Assembly: GCA_963753035.1 (NCBI GenBank)
Contig: CAVWAW010000009.1
Span: 2,956 to 66,955, forward strand
DNA: 64,000 bases
Origin: an uncultured Acidobacteriota bacterium
GTDB taxonomy: Bacteria > Acidobacteriota > Thermoanaerobaculia > Thermoanaerobaculales > Sulfomarinibacteraceae
Direction of reading: 5' to 3'
The notes beneath the pieces were generated by a model. That model had not been told where the DNA came from. It was given only the letters and a program-made list of their open reading frames with translations, and did not search any database. This document shows, one piece after another, positions 56,973 to 64,000 of this stretch (the first letter of the stretch is position 1; the number at the start of each line of letters is the position of its first letter). The position numbers and the translations under genes are program-made.

Positions 56973-57345
56973 CGATGGGCGTGGTTTTCCAGGTGACCTG
57001 GTCGGCTTCGGTTGATGATGGGTGTCATTTGGTGGTTGGGAGGCTCGTTGTTTGCCGCGGACTTTGGCCGGTACGGGTTGGGTGATCGCGAGTCCCGAGG
57101 GTCGTGGACCGGGATTTCGGGGATTCTGATCTTGGTGAGATTCCGATTACACAGGTGTTGCTTGGAAAAACCCTGGACCATATCGCGATGCAAACGAGAG
57201 CGGCGTTGGACTGGCGTGCGGCGCGACGCAGATCGACGAGGGCTCTGATGGGCCGGCGGGACGCCGGCCCTACAATCATCGCAATTGTGATCTCGGGTGG
57301 AGGAGGCGCCACGTGATGGCTCGGACTTCGTCGAAATCGACTACA
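56973..57345. repeat. Segmental-duplication module X, copy 1 (about 95% identical to 58590-58965), ending in a 3' remnant of the four-helix-bundle gene
   Basis: 57003-57345 aligns base-for-base with 58623-58965. On the minus strand it encodes only ...DFDEVRAITWRLLHPRSQLR*. Confidence 0.8.
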
Positions 57346-57409
57346 CGCCCATCCCTGAACGACCCGGAGGTGACCATGAACATCGGGGCCAGGAGGGCGC
57401 ATCGGTTGC

Positions 57410-57498
57410 TGGCCGCTGGTGACTGTCGCTGATTCCTGACGCTGTCCCGGTTCCGGACACGGTCGCTATTGCTGTCCCGGACGCGGTCGCGGATGAGG
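57410..57498. repeat. GC-rich hexamer-periodic array
   Basis: gactgtcgctgattcctgacgctgtcccggttccggacacggtcgctattgctgtcccggacgcggtcgcgg. Confidence 0.6.
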
Positions 57499-57522
57499 AC
57501 ACGGGATTCGGACATCGCGGAC

Positions 57523-57551
57523 TTGATACGGGCGTCCACGCGAGCTAAAAT
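57523..57551 (+). promoter_or_regulatory. Sigma70-like promoter TTGATA-N17-TAAAAT giving a leaderless transcript
   Basis: -35 box at 57523-57528, 17-nt spacer, -10 box at 57546-57551. ATG 57558 lies 7 nt downstream and no SD is present. Confidence 0.6.
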
Positions 57552-57557
57552 ATTCTC

Positions 57558-57728
57558 ATGAAGAGAGTTGTTCACAAGGCGCGGTCATTTGACGAAGCGG
57601 CGGATTGGGACATCAAGCAGCAGGTGTCGATGACGCCCCAGGAGCGAATCCGTGCTTCCCGTGAGCTGCAGAAGCGGGCGTACCCCGGCCCGCGGCAAGA
57701 CGTGCGCGAATGCCACCGGAAGTCGTAG
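57558..57728 (+). CDS. Small protein (56 aa), antitoxin-like partner of the downstream nucleotidyltransferase
   Basis: This ORF is not in the track (<60 aa): MKRVVHKARSFDEAADWDIKQQVSMTPQERIRASRELQKRAYPGPRQDVRECHRKS. It overlaps the next gene by 19 nt. Confidence 0.45.
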   Translation: MKRVVHKARSFDEAADWDIKQQVSMTPQERIRASRELQKRAYPGPRQDVRECHRKS

Positions 57729-58219
57729 AACCCGATTCGTTCTCCCCGGACGCTCGGGAGTTTCTTCGCCTGCTGAATGTCCACACGGTGCGGTTCATGA
57801 TCGTTGGAGGGGAGGCCGTGATCTTCTACGGCCATATCCGGCTCACCGGTGATGTCGATGTCTTCTTCGATCGAACTTCAACCAACGCCGAAAGGCTTTT
57901 CGAAGCACTCGAAGCATTCTGGCGGGGCGTGATTCCAGGGCTCCCTGGTCCCGCGGAACTCGAAAATCCGGGGATCGTCTTTCAATTCGGCGTTCCTCCG
58001 AATCGAATCGACCTCTTGAACGAGATCGATGGTATTGAGTTTGCCGCCGCATGGCCGCGCCGAACAGAGGTCGTGCTTGGCGAAGGGCCCGATCAAACTC
58101 GATATGCCTACATCGGTCTTGACGATCTCATTGAGAACAAGCGAGCCTCCGGCAGGCCGAAGGACCTTGGCGATCTTCCCTTTTTGCTGGAGGCGCGCCA
58201 AAGCCGGCTTATACGGTAG
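57710..58219 (+). CDS. Nucleotidyltransferase-fold protein (DUF2204/DUF6036-like, toxin-antitoxin-type)
   Basis: FMIVGGEAVIFYGHIRLTGDVDVF and LIENKRASGRPKDLGDLPFL fit the minimal-NTase TA-associated pattern. Confidence 0.6.
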   Translation: MPPEVVEPDSFSPDAREFLRLLNVHTVRFMIVGGEAVIFYGHIRLTGDVDVFFDRTSTNAERLFEALEAFWRGVIPGLPGPAELENPGIVFQFGVPPNRIDLLNEIDGIEFAAAWPRRTEVVLGEGPDQTRYAYIGLDDLIENKRASGRPKDLGDLPFLLEARQSRLIR

Positions 58220-58256
58220 TTCGCCAGCCGGTGCGCATCAAGACCACGTCTCAGCC

Positions 58257-58495
58257 CCGGCCTTCTGGGTCGCTGTGACGCTATGGCGTCCCAACGGCCC
58301 AGCGTCGCGCCATCGGCGTGGTCGCACGGAGGTAACGGGGATGGCTGCGACCACGCCCATGGCGCGCCGGCGGCCTGCCTCGTCGCCGGGAGAGCAGACC
58401 TCGAGGCGCTCCCCGAGGGAGCCCGGTATGACATTGTGCGGGGAGCGCCGCGATGCCGGGTGTTCGTTCAGGCACAATGTCAAACCCGGCACCCC
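58257..58495 (-). repeat. Rep-A double-hairpin element, copy 6
   Basis: It starts with ccggccttctggg. Hairpin 2 shows one compensated pair relative to copy 4 (cgcgcc/ggcgcg versus cgcacc/ggtacg). Confidence 0.75.
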
Positions 58496-58965
58496 CTTGG
58501 GGCGCGATCTCCCGCGTGCTAGCAACGCTTTGGGTGCCGCTGTCCCGGTCGCGGTCGCGATCGCGGACCCTGCCCTCATCACCGGCACCCCGAGGGGGTG
58601 CGGTATTCCGCGTGTCGTGAATCGGTTGCGGTTGATGATAGGTGTCGTTAAGTGGTTGGGAGGCTCGTTGTTTGCCGCGGACTTCGGCCAGGTACGGGTT
58701 GGGTGATCGCGAGTCCTGAGGGGCGTGGACCGGGATTTCGGGGATTCTGATCTTGGTGAGATTCCGATCACACAGGTGTTGCTTGGAAAAACCCTGGACC
58801 ATATCGCGATGCAAACGAGAGCGGCGTTGGACTGGCGTGCGGCGCGACGCGGATCGACGAGGGCTCTGATGGGCCGGCGGGACGCCGGCCCTACAATCAA
58901 TGCAATTGTGATCTCGGGTGGAGGAGTCGCCACGTGATGGCTCGGACTTCGTCGAAAAGGTGGAG
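58496..58965. repeat. Segmental-duplication module X, copy 2 (extends into the intact four-helix-bundle gene)
   Basis: See 56973-57345. It includes the hexamer array 58536-58576 and the hairpin gggccggcgggacgccggccc + tacaat at 58871-58897. Confidence 0.8.
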
Positions 58966-59259
58966 AGCTGAGTCGGTGCGGTTGACGTCGATTGCGCCGG
59001 ATCCCGCAAGAAGTCGTAGATGCGTATCGACCTCTTTCGCAGAGCCGTAGGCGATTCGCCAATGATGCATCCGGTCTCTTCCGCATCGGCCATGGCCTTC
59101 CGAGAGGTTTGCAGGTACTGACGACGCTGATCGAATCACCTGATCGGCGATACTTTTCAGTGGAGCCGGAACCCGCATCGCCAGGGCAATTGCGATGCCG
59201 GCGGCTTCGAGGGCCTTGCGGTGAGCGATGAGGCCGGTTTCTGTTCGGGCGTTGCGCAT
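58897..59259 (-). CDS. Four-helix-bundle protein (23S rRNA intervening-sequence protein / Avd-like family)
   Basis: QVIRSASSVPANLSEGHGR and AYGSAKEVDTHLRLL. ATG 59259 lies 5 nt after aggagg. Confidence 0.7.
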   Translation of the reverse strand: MRNARTETGLIAHRKALEAAGIAIALAMRVPAPLKSIADQVIRSASSVPANLSEGHGRCGRDRMHHWRIAYGSAKEVDTHLRLLAGSGAIDVNRTDSALHLFDEVRAITWRLLHPRSQLH

Positions 59260-59415
59260 GATCACCTCCTGGTTGTTCATGCCCTCCCACCAGCCGCTGA
59301 GATGGCCGATGTCAAGGGTCGCCTCCGAGGCGACTTGTCTTGCCCTTGACATCGGCCATCTCAGCGGCTACCCGTGTCTTCAAGAACAACCAGGAGTGAA
59401 CATGCTGCCCCGGTA

Positions 59416-59548
59416 GCTGACGCGGTCGTTGCCGCTGTCGCCGTCTGGCCCCTGTCCCGGTCGCTGTTGCTGGCCCTGCCGCTGCCTTCTGGCGCTGGTT
59501 CCTGGCGCTGGCCCTGCCGCTGATTGCTGCCGCTGTCGCTGTCGCGGA
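59416..59548. repeat. GC-rich hexamer/trimer-periodic array directly downstream of the cox operon
   Basis: gctgacgcggtcgttgccgctgtcgccgtc...ctggccctgccgctgcc...gccgctgtcgctgtcgcgg. Confidence 0.6.
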
Positions 59549-60139
59549 TCAGAGCGCGAGCACGGCGAGGATGCCGAGCCAGACGATCCCGAGGAAGTGC
59601 CAGTACATGGCGACATCGGTGACGCCCTCGTGGTCGGCGGCGGTGTAGCGGCCCGCCTTCGAGCGCAGGGTGATCCAGATCAGCGGGATCAAGCCACCGA
59701 CCACGTGCAGGACGTGAAGAAAGCTCAGCACGTAGACGCCGAAGAGGTAGAGGTTGTTCTGCGGCAGCTCGGAGGCCGCCGCCATCCGCACCCAACCTGA
59801 AACCTGCGAGAGCACGAAGGCGATCCCCACCATCGAGGCGGCGGCGAGCAATCGGGTCAACTGGGCGTTCCGTCCCGCATCGACCGCGCGCTCGGCCGCG
59901 ATCAGAAGCAGGCTGATGATCACCAGCAGCGCGGTGCTCAACCAGAACGCGGTGGGCAGACCCGGCGATCCCGTCGGCGGCCACTCCGGGGCGCGGAGAC
60001 GGATGACGATGAACCCGACCAGACTGCCGCCGAAGAGCATCGCCAGCGATGCCAGAAAGAGCCACATCCCAAACCGGCGGCGCTGGGCGATCACCTCGAC
60101 CCCGTCCGCATCGACTCCCCGGACGACGCTCGGCTTCAT
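59549..60139 (-). CDS. Heme-copper oxidase subunit III-family protein (second Cox3-like subunit)
   Basis: FGMWLFLASLAMLFGGSL and MYWHFLGIVWL; 196 aa. Confidence 0.7.
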   Translation of the reverse strand: MKPSVVRGVDADGVEVIAQRRRFGMWLFLASLAMLFGGSLVGFIVIRLRAPEWPPTGSPGLPTAFWLSTALLVIISLLLIAAERAVDAGRNAQLTRLLAAASMVGIAFVLSQVSGWVRMAAASELPQNNLYLFGVYVLSFLHVLHVVGGLIPLIWITLRSKAGRYTAADHEGVTDVAMYWHFLGIVWLGILAVLAL

Positions 60140-60143
60140 GTCT

Positions 60144-60470
60144 CTAACTCAGCGGCCAACCGGGGATGATGACGTCCTGATAGTGGGCCGAGTCCATCAG
60201 CGCAAAACCGATGAAGAGCGCCAGGAAGGCAAAGGCCGAGATGAAGACAAATGCATTGAAGGGCTTGTCCCAGCGCAGGTGCATGAAATAGAGACCGACC
60301 AGGATCGCCTTGACGGTGGCGATGCCGAGCCCGATCCAGATATTGAGGACGCCGAAGTCGAAATGGGTCACCGACACCGTCAGCCAGGTGCCGATCATGA
60401 GGGCGATCATGACCCCCACCAGGAGTTTGAGGCTGGCGACGTGAACGCCCGATTCGGTGTGTTCGCTCAT
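60144..60470 (-). CDS. Cytochrome c oxidase subunit IV (prokaryotic CoxD/CtaF-like)
   Basis: 108 aa with three TM segments. VKAILVGLYFMHLRWD is typical of the family. Confidence 0.7.
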   Translation of the reverse strand: MSEHTESGVHVASLKLLVGVMIALMIGTWLTVSVTHFDFGVLNIWIGLGIATVKAILVGLYFMHLRWDKPFNAFVFISAFAFLALFIGFALMDSAHYQDVIIPGWPLS

Positions 60471-60482
60471 GATTGTCGGCTC

Positions 60483-61394
60483 CTAGTCAATCAAGTAAAG
60501 GAGGAGGAAAAGGTAGATCCAGATGATGTCCACCACGTGCCAGTAGAGGGCGACCATATCCACCTTGGTGAAGTGGCCGCCGTCGAAGTCGCCGCGCCTG
60601 AGGCACTTGAGCAACCAGAGCATGGCGGCGATCCCGCCGAGGACGTGGATGCCGTGGAGTCCGGTCATCATGAAGTAGATCGAGAAAAAGACCCTCGCGT
60701 TGAGCGGCTCGACCGGGACGAGGTCGTGGTCCGCCTCTTCTACCGGTCCCGCCAAGCCCTCCGGTCCGCGGGCGGCCGGTGCAATGGTTGAGCTATCCGG
60801 ATCGGCGACAACGGGCGCCGGATCGATCTCGACCTCAGCGGCGACGGGCTCGACGATTTCACCCTCCGCCACGGCTTGAATCTCCTCGATCTCGATGATC
60901 TCGACATCGGCCTCAGGCGTGTGAAGCTCGCCCTCGACTTCGATGGTCTCGAAGGCTTCCTCGTGGTCCACATGGGGGTTGTAGGCCCCTGCCCACAGCA
61001 GACCGTGTTTCCACTTGGCGCTGTACTCGACATACTTGACGCCGAGGAAGGCGAAGGCGCAGAGCATGGTCGCGATGATCAGCCACTTCAGCAGTTTGAT
61101 CTGCTTGAGCTGGGCTGCGCGAACCGCCCAGGCGATGGTGAACGAACTGAAGATGAGCACCACGGTGTTGAGCGCACCGAGCGCGGTGTCGAGGAAATGG
61201 GCGCCGAAGACAAAGACCTCGGGGTGGTTGCCGCGATAAACCGTGTAGGCGACGAAGAGGCCACCGAAGAAAAGGATCTCGGTTGCCAGGAAGAGCCACA
61301 TCCCGAGCTTGGCCGACTGGCGCTGCTGTTCGGTCGATTCGAAGTGATGGGCCAGATTGGGATCGTGGCCGTCGTCGTGGTGCTGCGCGGCCAT
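60483..61394 (-). CDS. coxC: Cytochrome c oxidase subunit III with a ~95-aa acidic insertion
   Basis: LGMWLFLATEILFFGGLF, FFSIYFMMTGLHGIHVLGG and LYWHVVDIIWIYLF. The insertion is HVDHEEAFETIEVEGELHTPEADVEIIEIEEIQAVAEGEIVEP... Confidence 0.85.
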   Translation of the reverse strand: MAAQHHDDGHDPNLAHHFESTEQQRQSAKLGMWLFLATEILFFGGLFVAYTVYRGNHPEVFVFGAHFLDTALGALNTVVLIFSSFTIAWAVRAAQLKQIKLLKWLIIATMLCAFAFLGVKYVEYSAKWKHGLLWAGAYNPHVDHEEAFETIEVEGELHTPEADVEIIEIEEIQAVAEGEIVEPVAAEVEIDPAPVVADPDSSTIAPAARGPEGLAGPVEEADHDLVPVEPLNARVFFSIYFMMTGLHGIHVLGGIAAMLWLLKCLRRGDFDGGHFTKVDMVALYWHVVDIIWIYLFLLLYLID

Positions 61395-63091
61395 CAGTGG
61401 GCTCCGCCTTCGGCAAGAATGATCGACTGCGGATCCTTGCGCACCCAGCCCTGAGTCGCAGGGTCGTATTGCAGCGATTTCAGGTCATAGGGGTCGCCGG
61501 CGATGAAGTCGCGGTCGAAGTTGTAGTACGGCGGCGGCGAGGTGGTCTCCCACTCGAGGGTGGCCGAGCCCCACGGGTTGTCGGGCGCGGGTTTGCCGCG
61601 GAAGAGCGAGTGGATGAGGTACCCGGCCATGATGAAGAAACCGAGGGCGAGCACATACGACCCGATGGTCGACGCCTGGTGCAGGGTGGTGAATTCCTCG
61701 ACGTAGTTGTAGTACCGGCGCGGCATGCCGTGGCTGCCCATGACGAACTGGGTGAAGAAGGTCAGGTTGAAGCCGACGAAGACGAGCAGCGCCGAGATCT
61801 GGCCCCATCGCTCCGAATACATCTTGCCGAACATCTTCGGCCACCAGTAGTGGAGGCCACCGAGGAAGGCGATGACCGTCCCGCCGAACATCACGTAGTG
61901 GAAGTGGGCGACGACGAAGTAGGTGTCGTGCAGGTGAATGTCGGTGGAGAGCGCGCCGAGGAAGAGCCCGGTCAGACCGCCGATGGCGAAGAGAAAGAGA
62001 AAGCTGAGAACGTAAAGCATGGGTGTGGCGAGCCGGATCGAGCCCTTGTACATGGTCGCCAGCCAGTTGAATACCTTGACCGCCGATGGGATCGCCACCG
62101 AGAAGGTCAGGGCCGAGAAGATCATGTTGGTGATCCCCGACTGACCCGAGGTGAACATGTGGTGGCCCCAGACCAGAAAGCTGAACATGGCGATGGCGAT
62201 GGACGACCAGGCGATGAACCGATAGCCGAAAATGTGCTTGCCCGAGAAGACCGACACCAACTCGGAGATGATCCCCATGGCCGGCAGAATCATGATGTAG
62301 ACCGCCGGGTGGGAGTAGAACCAGAAGAAATGCTGGAAGAGGACCGGATCGCCGCCCAGGGTGGGGTCGAAGATGCCGACACCGAGAGCGCGTTCGGCCA
62401 CCAGCAGCAACAGGGTGATCCCGAGAATCGGGGTCGCGAGAACCTGAATAATAGCCGTCGAATAGAGCCCCCAGAGGAAGAGCGGCATCTTGAACCAGGT
62501 CATCCCCTCGGGTCGCATCTTGTGAATCGTCACGATGAAGTTCAGCCCCGTGAAGATCGAAGAGAAGCCGAGGATGAAGACCCCCAAGGTCATACTGATC
62601 ACCGCCGTTCCGGTGGTCGTGGAGTATGGCGTGTAGAAGGTCCATCCGGTGTCCACTGCGCCGACGATGATGGACACCACGGCAAAGACCGCACCGACCA
62701 TCCAGAACCAGAAACTGGTCAGGTTGAGTCGCGGCAGGGCCACATCCTTGGCGCCGAGCATGAGCGGGAGCACGAAGTTCCCGATGGCCGCCGGAATTCC
62801 GGGAATGATGAACAGAAAGATCATCACCGCGCCGTGAAGGGTGAACATCTTGTTGTAGGAGTCGGCGGTCATGATGGTCGGGCCGGAGGTCAGCAGCTCG
62901 GTGCGGACGAGCAGCGCGAAGACGCCCCCGAGGAAAAACGAGGACGTGATGGCCACCAGGTACATCACCCCGATGCGTTTGTGGTCGAGGGTGAAGAGCC
63001 AGGAGAGGATGCCTCTGCCGTGGGTGAGATAACTCTCCTGATTCTGAGTCCCAACGGCGGCGCCGTCGTGGCTTGGGTTGTCGACTGCCAT
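61394..63091 (-). CDS. coxA: Cytochrome c oxidase subunit I
   Basis: 565 aa with [16 protein letters not shown] and WGHHMF, and 12 or more TM helices. Confidence 0.95.
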   Translation of the reverse strand: MAVDNPSHDGAAVGTQNQESYLTHGRGILSWLFTLDHKRIGVMYLVAITSSFFLGGVFALLVRTELLTSGPTIMTADSYNKMFTLHGAVMIFLFIIPGIPAAIGNFVLPLMLGAKDVALPRLNLTSFWFWMVGAVFAVVSIIVGAVDTGWTFYTPYSTTTGTAVISMTLGVFILGFSSIFTGLNFIVTIHKMRPEGMTWFKMPLFLWGLYSTAIIQVLATPILGITLLLLVAERALGVGIFDPTLGGDPVLFQHFFWFYSHPAVYIMILPAMGIISELVSVFSGKHIFGYRFIAWSSIAIAMFSFLVWGHHMFTSGQSGITNMIFSALTFSVAIPSAVKVFNWLATMYKGSIRLATPMLYVLSFLFLFAIGGLTGLFLGALSTDIHLHDTYFVVAHFHYVMFGGTVIAFLGGLHYWWPKMFGKMYSERWGQISALLVFVGFNLTFFTQFVMGSHGMPRRYYNYVEEFTTLHQASTIGSYVLALGFFIMAGYLIHSLFRGKPAPDNPWGSATLEWETTSPPPYYNFDRDFIAGDPYDLKSLQYDPATQGWVRKDPQSIILAEGGAH

Positions 63092-63095
63092 GCTG

Positions 63096-64000
63096 CTACT
63101 CCTCGCTGGAAGCCCCGTCGAGGGACTTGAAGTACTCGATGATTGCCATGATCTCGGGATCGCTGAGCCGGCCCTGGTAGGTGGGCATCACCGGTTCGAA
63201 ACCGGTCACGATTCTGGCCTGTGGTTCGAGGATCGACTCGCGGATATAGTTCTCATCCACCGTGATGGTCGTGCCGTCGGCAAAGGTCTCCTGCTTCCCG
63301 AAGACGCCGAGCAGGGTCGGGCCGGTCTTGGCCGAGCCGTCCACCGAGTGGCACTGCTGGCAGCCGCGAACCTGGAAAAGCTTGCGACCGGCGTCAACCG
63401 GGGTCATGGTCTCGAGGAAGTTCGACGCCTTCTCGAGCCAGGTTTCGAACTCACCAACCGGGTGGACGATGACGTGGGCGACCATTCCCGAGTGGGACGT
63501 ACCGCAGTACTCGGCGCAGAAGAGGTCGTACTCACCGGGTTTGGTCGCTTCGAACCACGCCTTGGAGTAGCGGCCCGGCACGACATCCATCTTGATTCGG
63601 AAGGCCGGGACGTAGAGGCTGTGGATGACATCCTGCGAACCCATGACGAGCCTGATCGGCCGATCCACGGGAACGTGGAGATCGGAGTCGATATAGCCGT
63701 TCGGGTAGGTGAAACTCCAGCTCCACTTCTGACCCTCGACGAGGATCTCGTAGGCGTTGGAAGGTGGCGTCGACATGTCAAGGAAACCCTTGAACCCGAA
63801 GACGAAGATCACGACCACCAGGATCATCGGAATCGCCGTCCATGTCAGTTCCAATGCCAGGTTGTGGCTCGGCGAATCCTCCGCCTCCTGACCCTCCCGG
63901 TATCGATACTTGATCACGAAGATCACCATCGCCACCACGATCAGCATAAAGAAAAGGACCGAGATCGCGAGGATGAAGTTGAACAACCAATCCACGCCTT
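63096..64000 (-). CDS. coxB: Cytochrome c oxidase subunit II with C-terminal cytochrome c domain (caa3 type); 5' end beyond the window
   Basis: CuA site [13 protein letters not shown] and heme c site CQQCHS. The frame stays open to base 64000. Confidence 0.9.
   Translation of the reverse strand, partial: GVDWLFNFILAISVLFFMLIVVAMVIFVIKYRYREGQEAEDSPSHNLALELTWTAIPMILVVVIFVFGFKGFLDMSTPPSNAYEILVEGQKWSWSFTYPNGYIDSDLHVPVDRPIRLVMGSQDVIHSLYVPAFRIKMDVVPGRYSKAWFEATKPGEYDLFCAEYCGTSHSGMVAHVIVHPVGEFETWLEKASNFLETMTPVDAGRKLFQVRGCQQCHSVDGSAKTGPTLLGVFGKQETFADGTTITVDENYIRESILEPQARIVTGFEPVMPTYQGRLSDPEIMAIIEYFKSLDGASSEE

Noticed and set aside
56746-59259. Diversity-generating retroelement: an Avd-like four-helix-bundle gene plus a pair of ~95% identical direct repeats that could be TR/VR.
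   Set aside because: The mismatches between the two repeat copies include t/c, g/t, c/t and a/g in both directions and are not confined to adenines of one copy. There is no reverse transcriptase ORF in the window. The repeats are mostly non-coding.
52934-59548. Integron-like cassette array with Rep-A hairpins acting as attC sites.
   Set aside because: No IntI-type integrase is present and no GTTRRRY/RYYYAAC core sites sit at the hairpin bases. The genes between the repeats have mixed orientation, and Rep-A also occurs inside a housekeeping operon.
61283-63130. Long antisense or alternative-frame ORFs opposite real genes, for example 61283..63130 +, 25717..27060 +, 49844..51385 -, 41014..42240 +, 1282..2436 -, 3648..4679 - and 20385..21299 -.
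   Set aside because: These are typical stop-poor shadow frames of GC-rich DNA. They are Arg/Gly/Asp-rich with no motifs, and the opposite strand carries strongly recognisable genes.

Overview
This is a GC-rich chromosomal segment from a Gram-negative bacterium. It carries LPS/Kdo genes (kdsB-pyrG-kdsA-kdsD), an AsmA-family gene and a caa3-type cytochrome oxidase operon. The phylum cannot be fixed without a search; an Acidobacteriota-like MAG is only an impression. I support about 54 protein-coding genes. I recognised no rRNA, tRNA, CRISPR, transposase or integrase.

Five things stand out:

1. A tightly coupled minus-strand operon at 23.7-29.3 kb. It encodes an Rrf2 regulator, a macro domain, a NarI/DsrM-like membrane subunit, an HdrD/DsrK-like CCG Fe-S protein fused to a receiver domain, a tandem 4-Cys PAS histidine kinase and a receiver-only regulator. 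This is my best candidate for an undescribed redox-signalling system.

2. An unusually rich, modular intergenic repeat repertoire:
- A ~240-nt double-hairpin element (Rep-A, 6 copies) with compensatory stem changes and strand-consistent G-U wobbles.
- A gcgatgg/ctttgcg family (Rep-B), including a MITE-like copy.
- AT-rich heptamer tandem arrays.
- GC-rich hexamer-periodic arrays.
- REP-like hairpins followed by CCACAAT.
- A 1.5-kb non-coding island with a 455-bp tandem duplication and a 96-bp tandem repeat.

3. An accessory island at 50.9-59.5 kb. It holds three secreted repeat proteins sharing a C-terminal DGFE(S/T)G(D/N)xxAW tag, a segmental duplication, a toxin-antitoxin-like nucleotidyltransferase pair and a four-helix-bundle gene.

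4. At least 16 single-nucleotide frameshifts in 10 otherwise well-conserved genes, seven of them in pepD. These are either decay or assembly error.

5. A corrinoid-dependent MttB-family methyltransferase locus facing a dimethylglycine-dehydrogenase-like gene.

All product calls come from motif recognition by eye; no database search was run. Frameshift and repeat coordinates are accurate to a few nucleotides.
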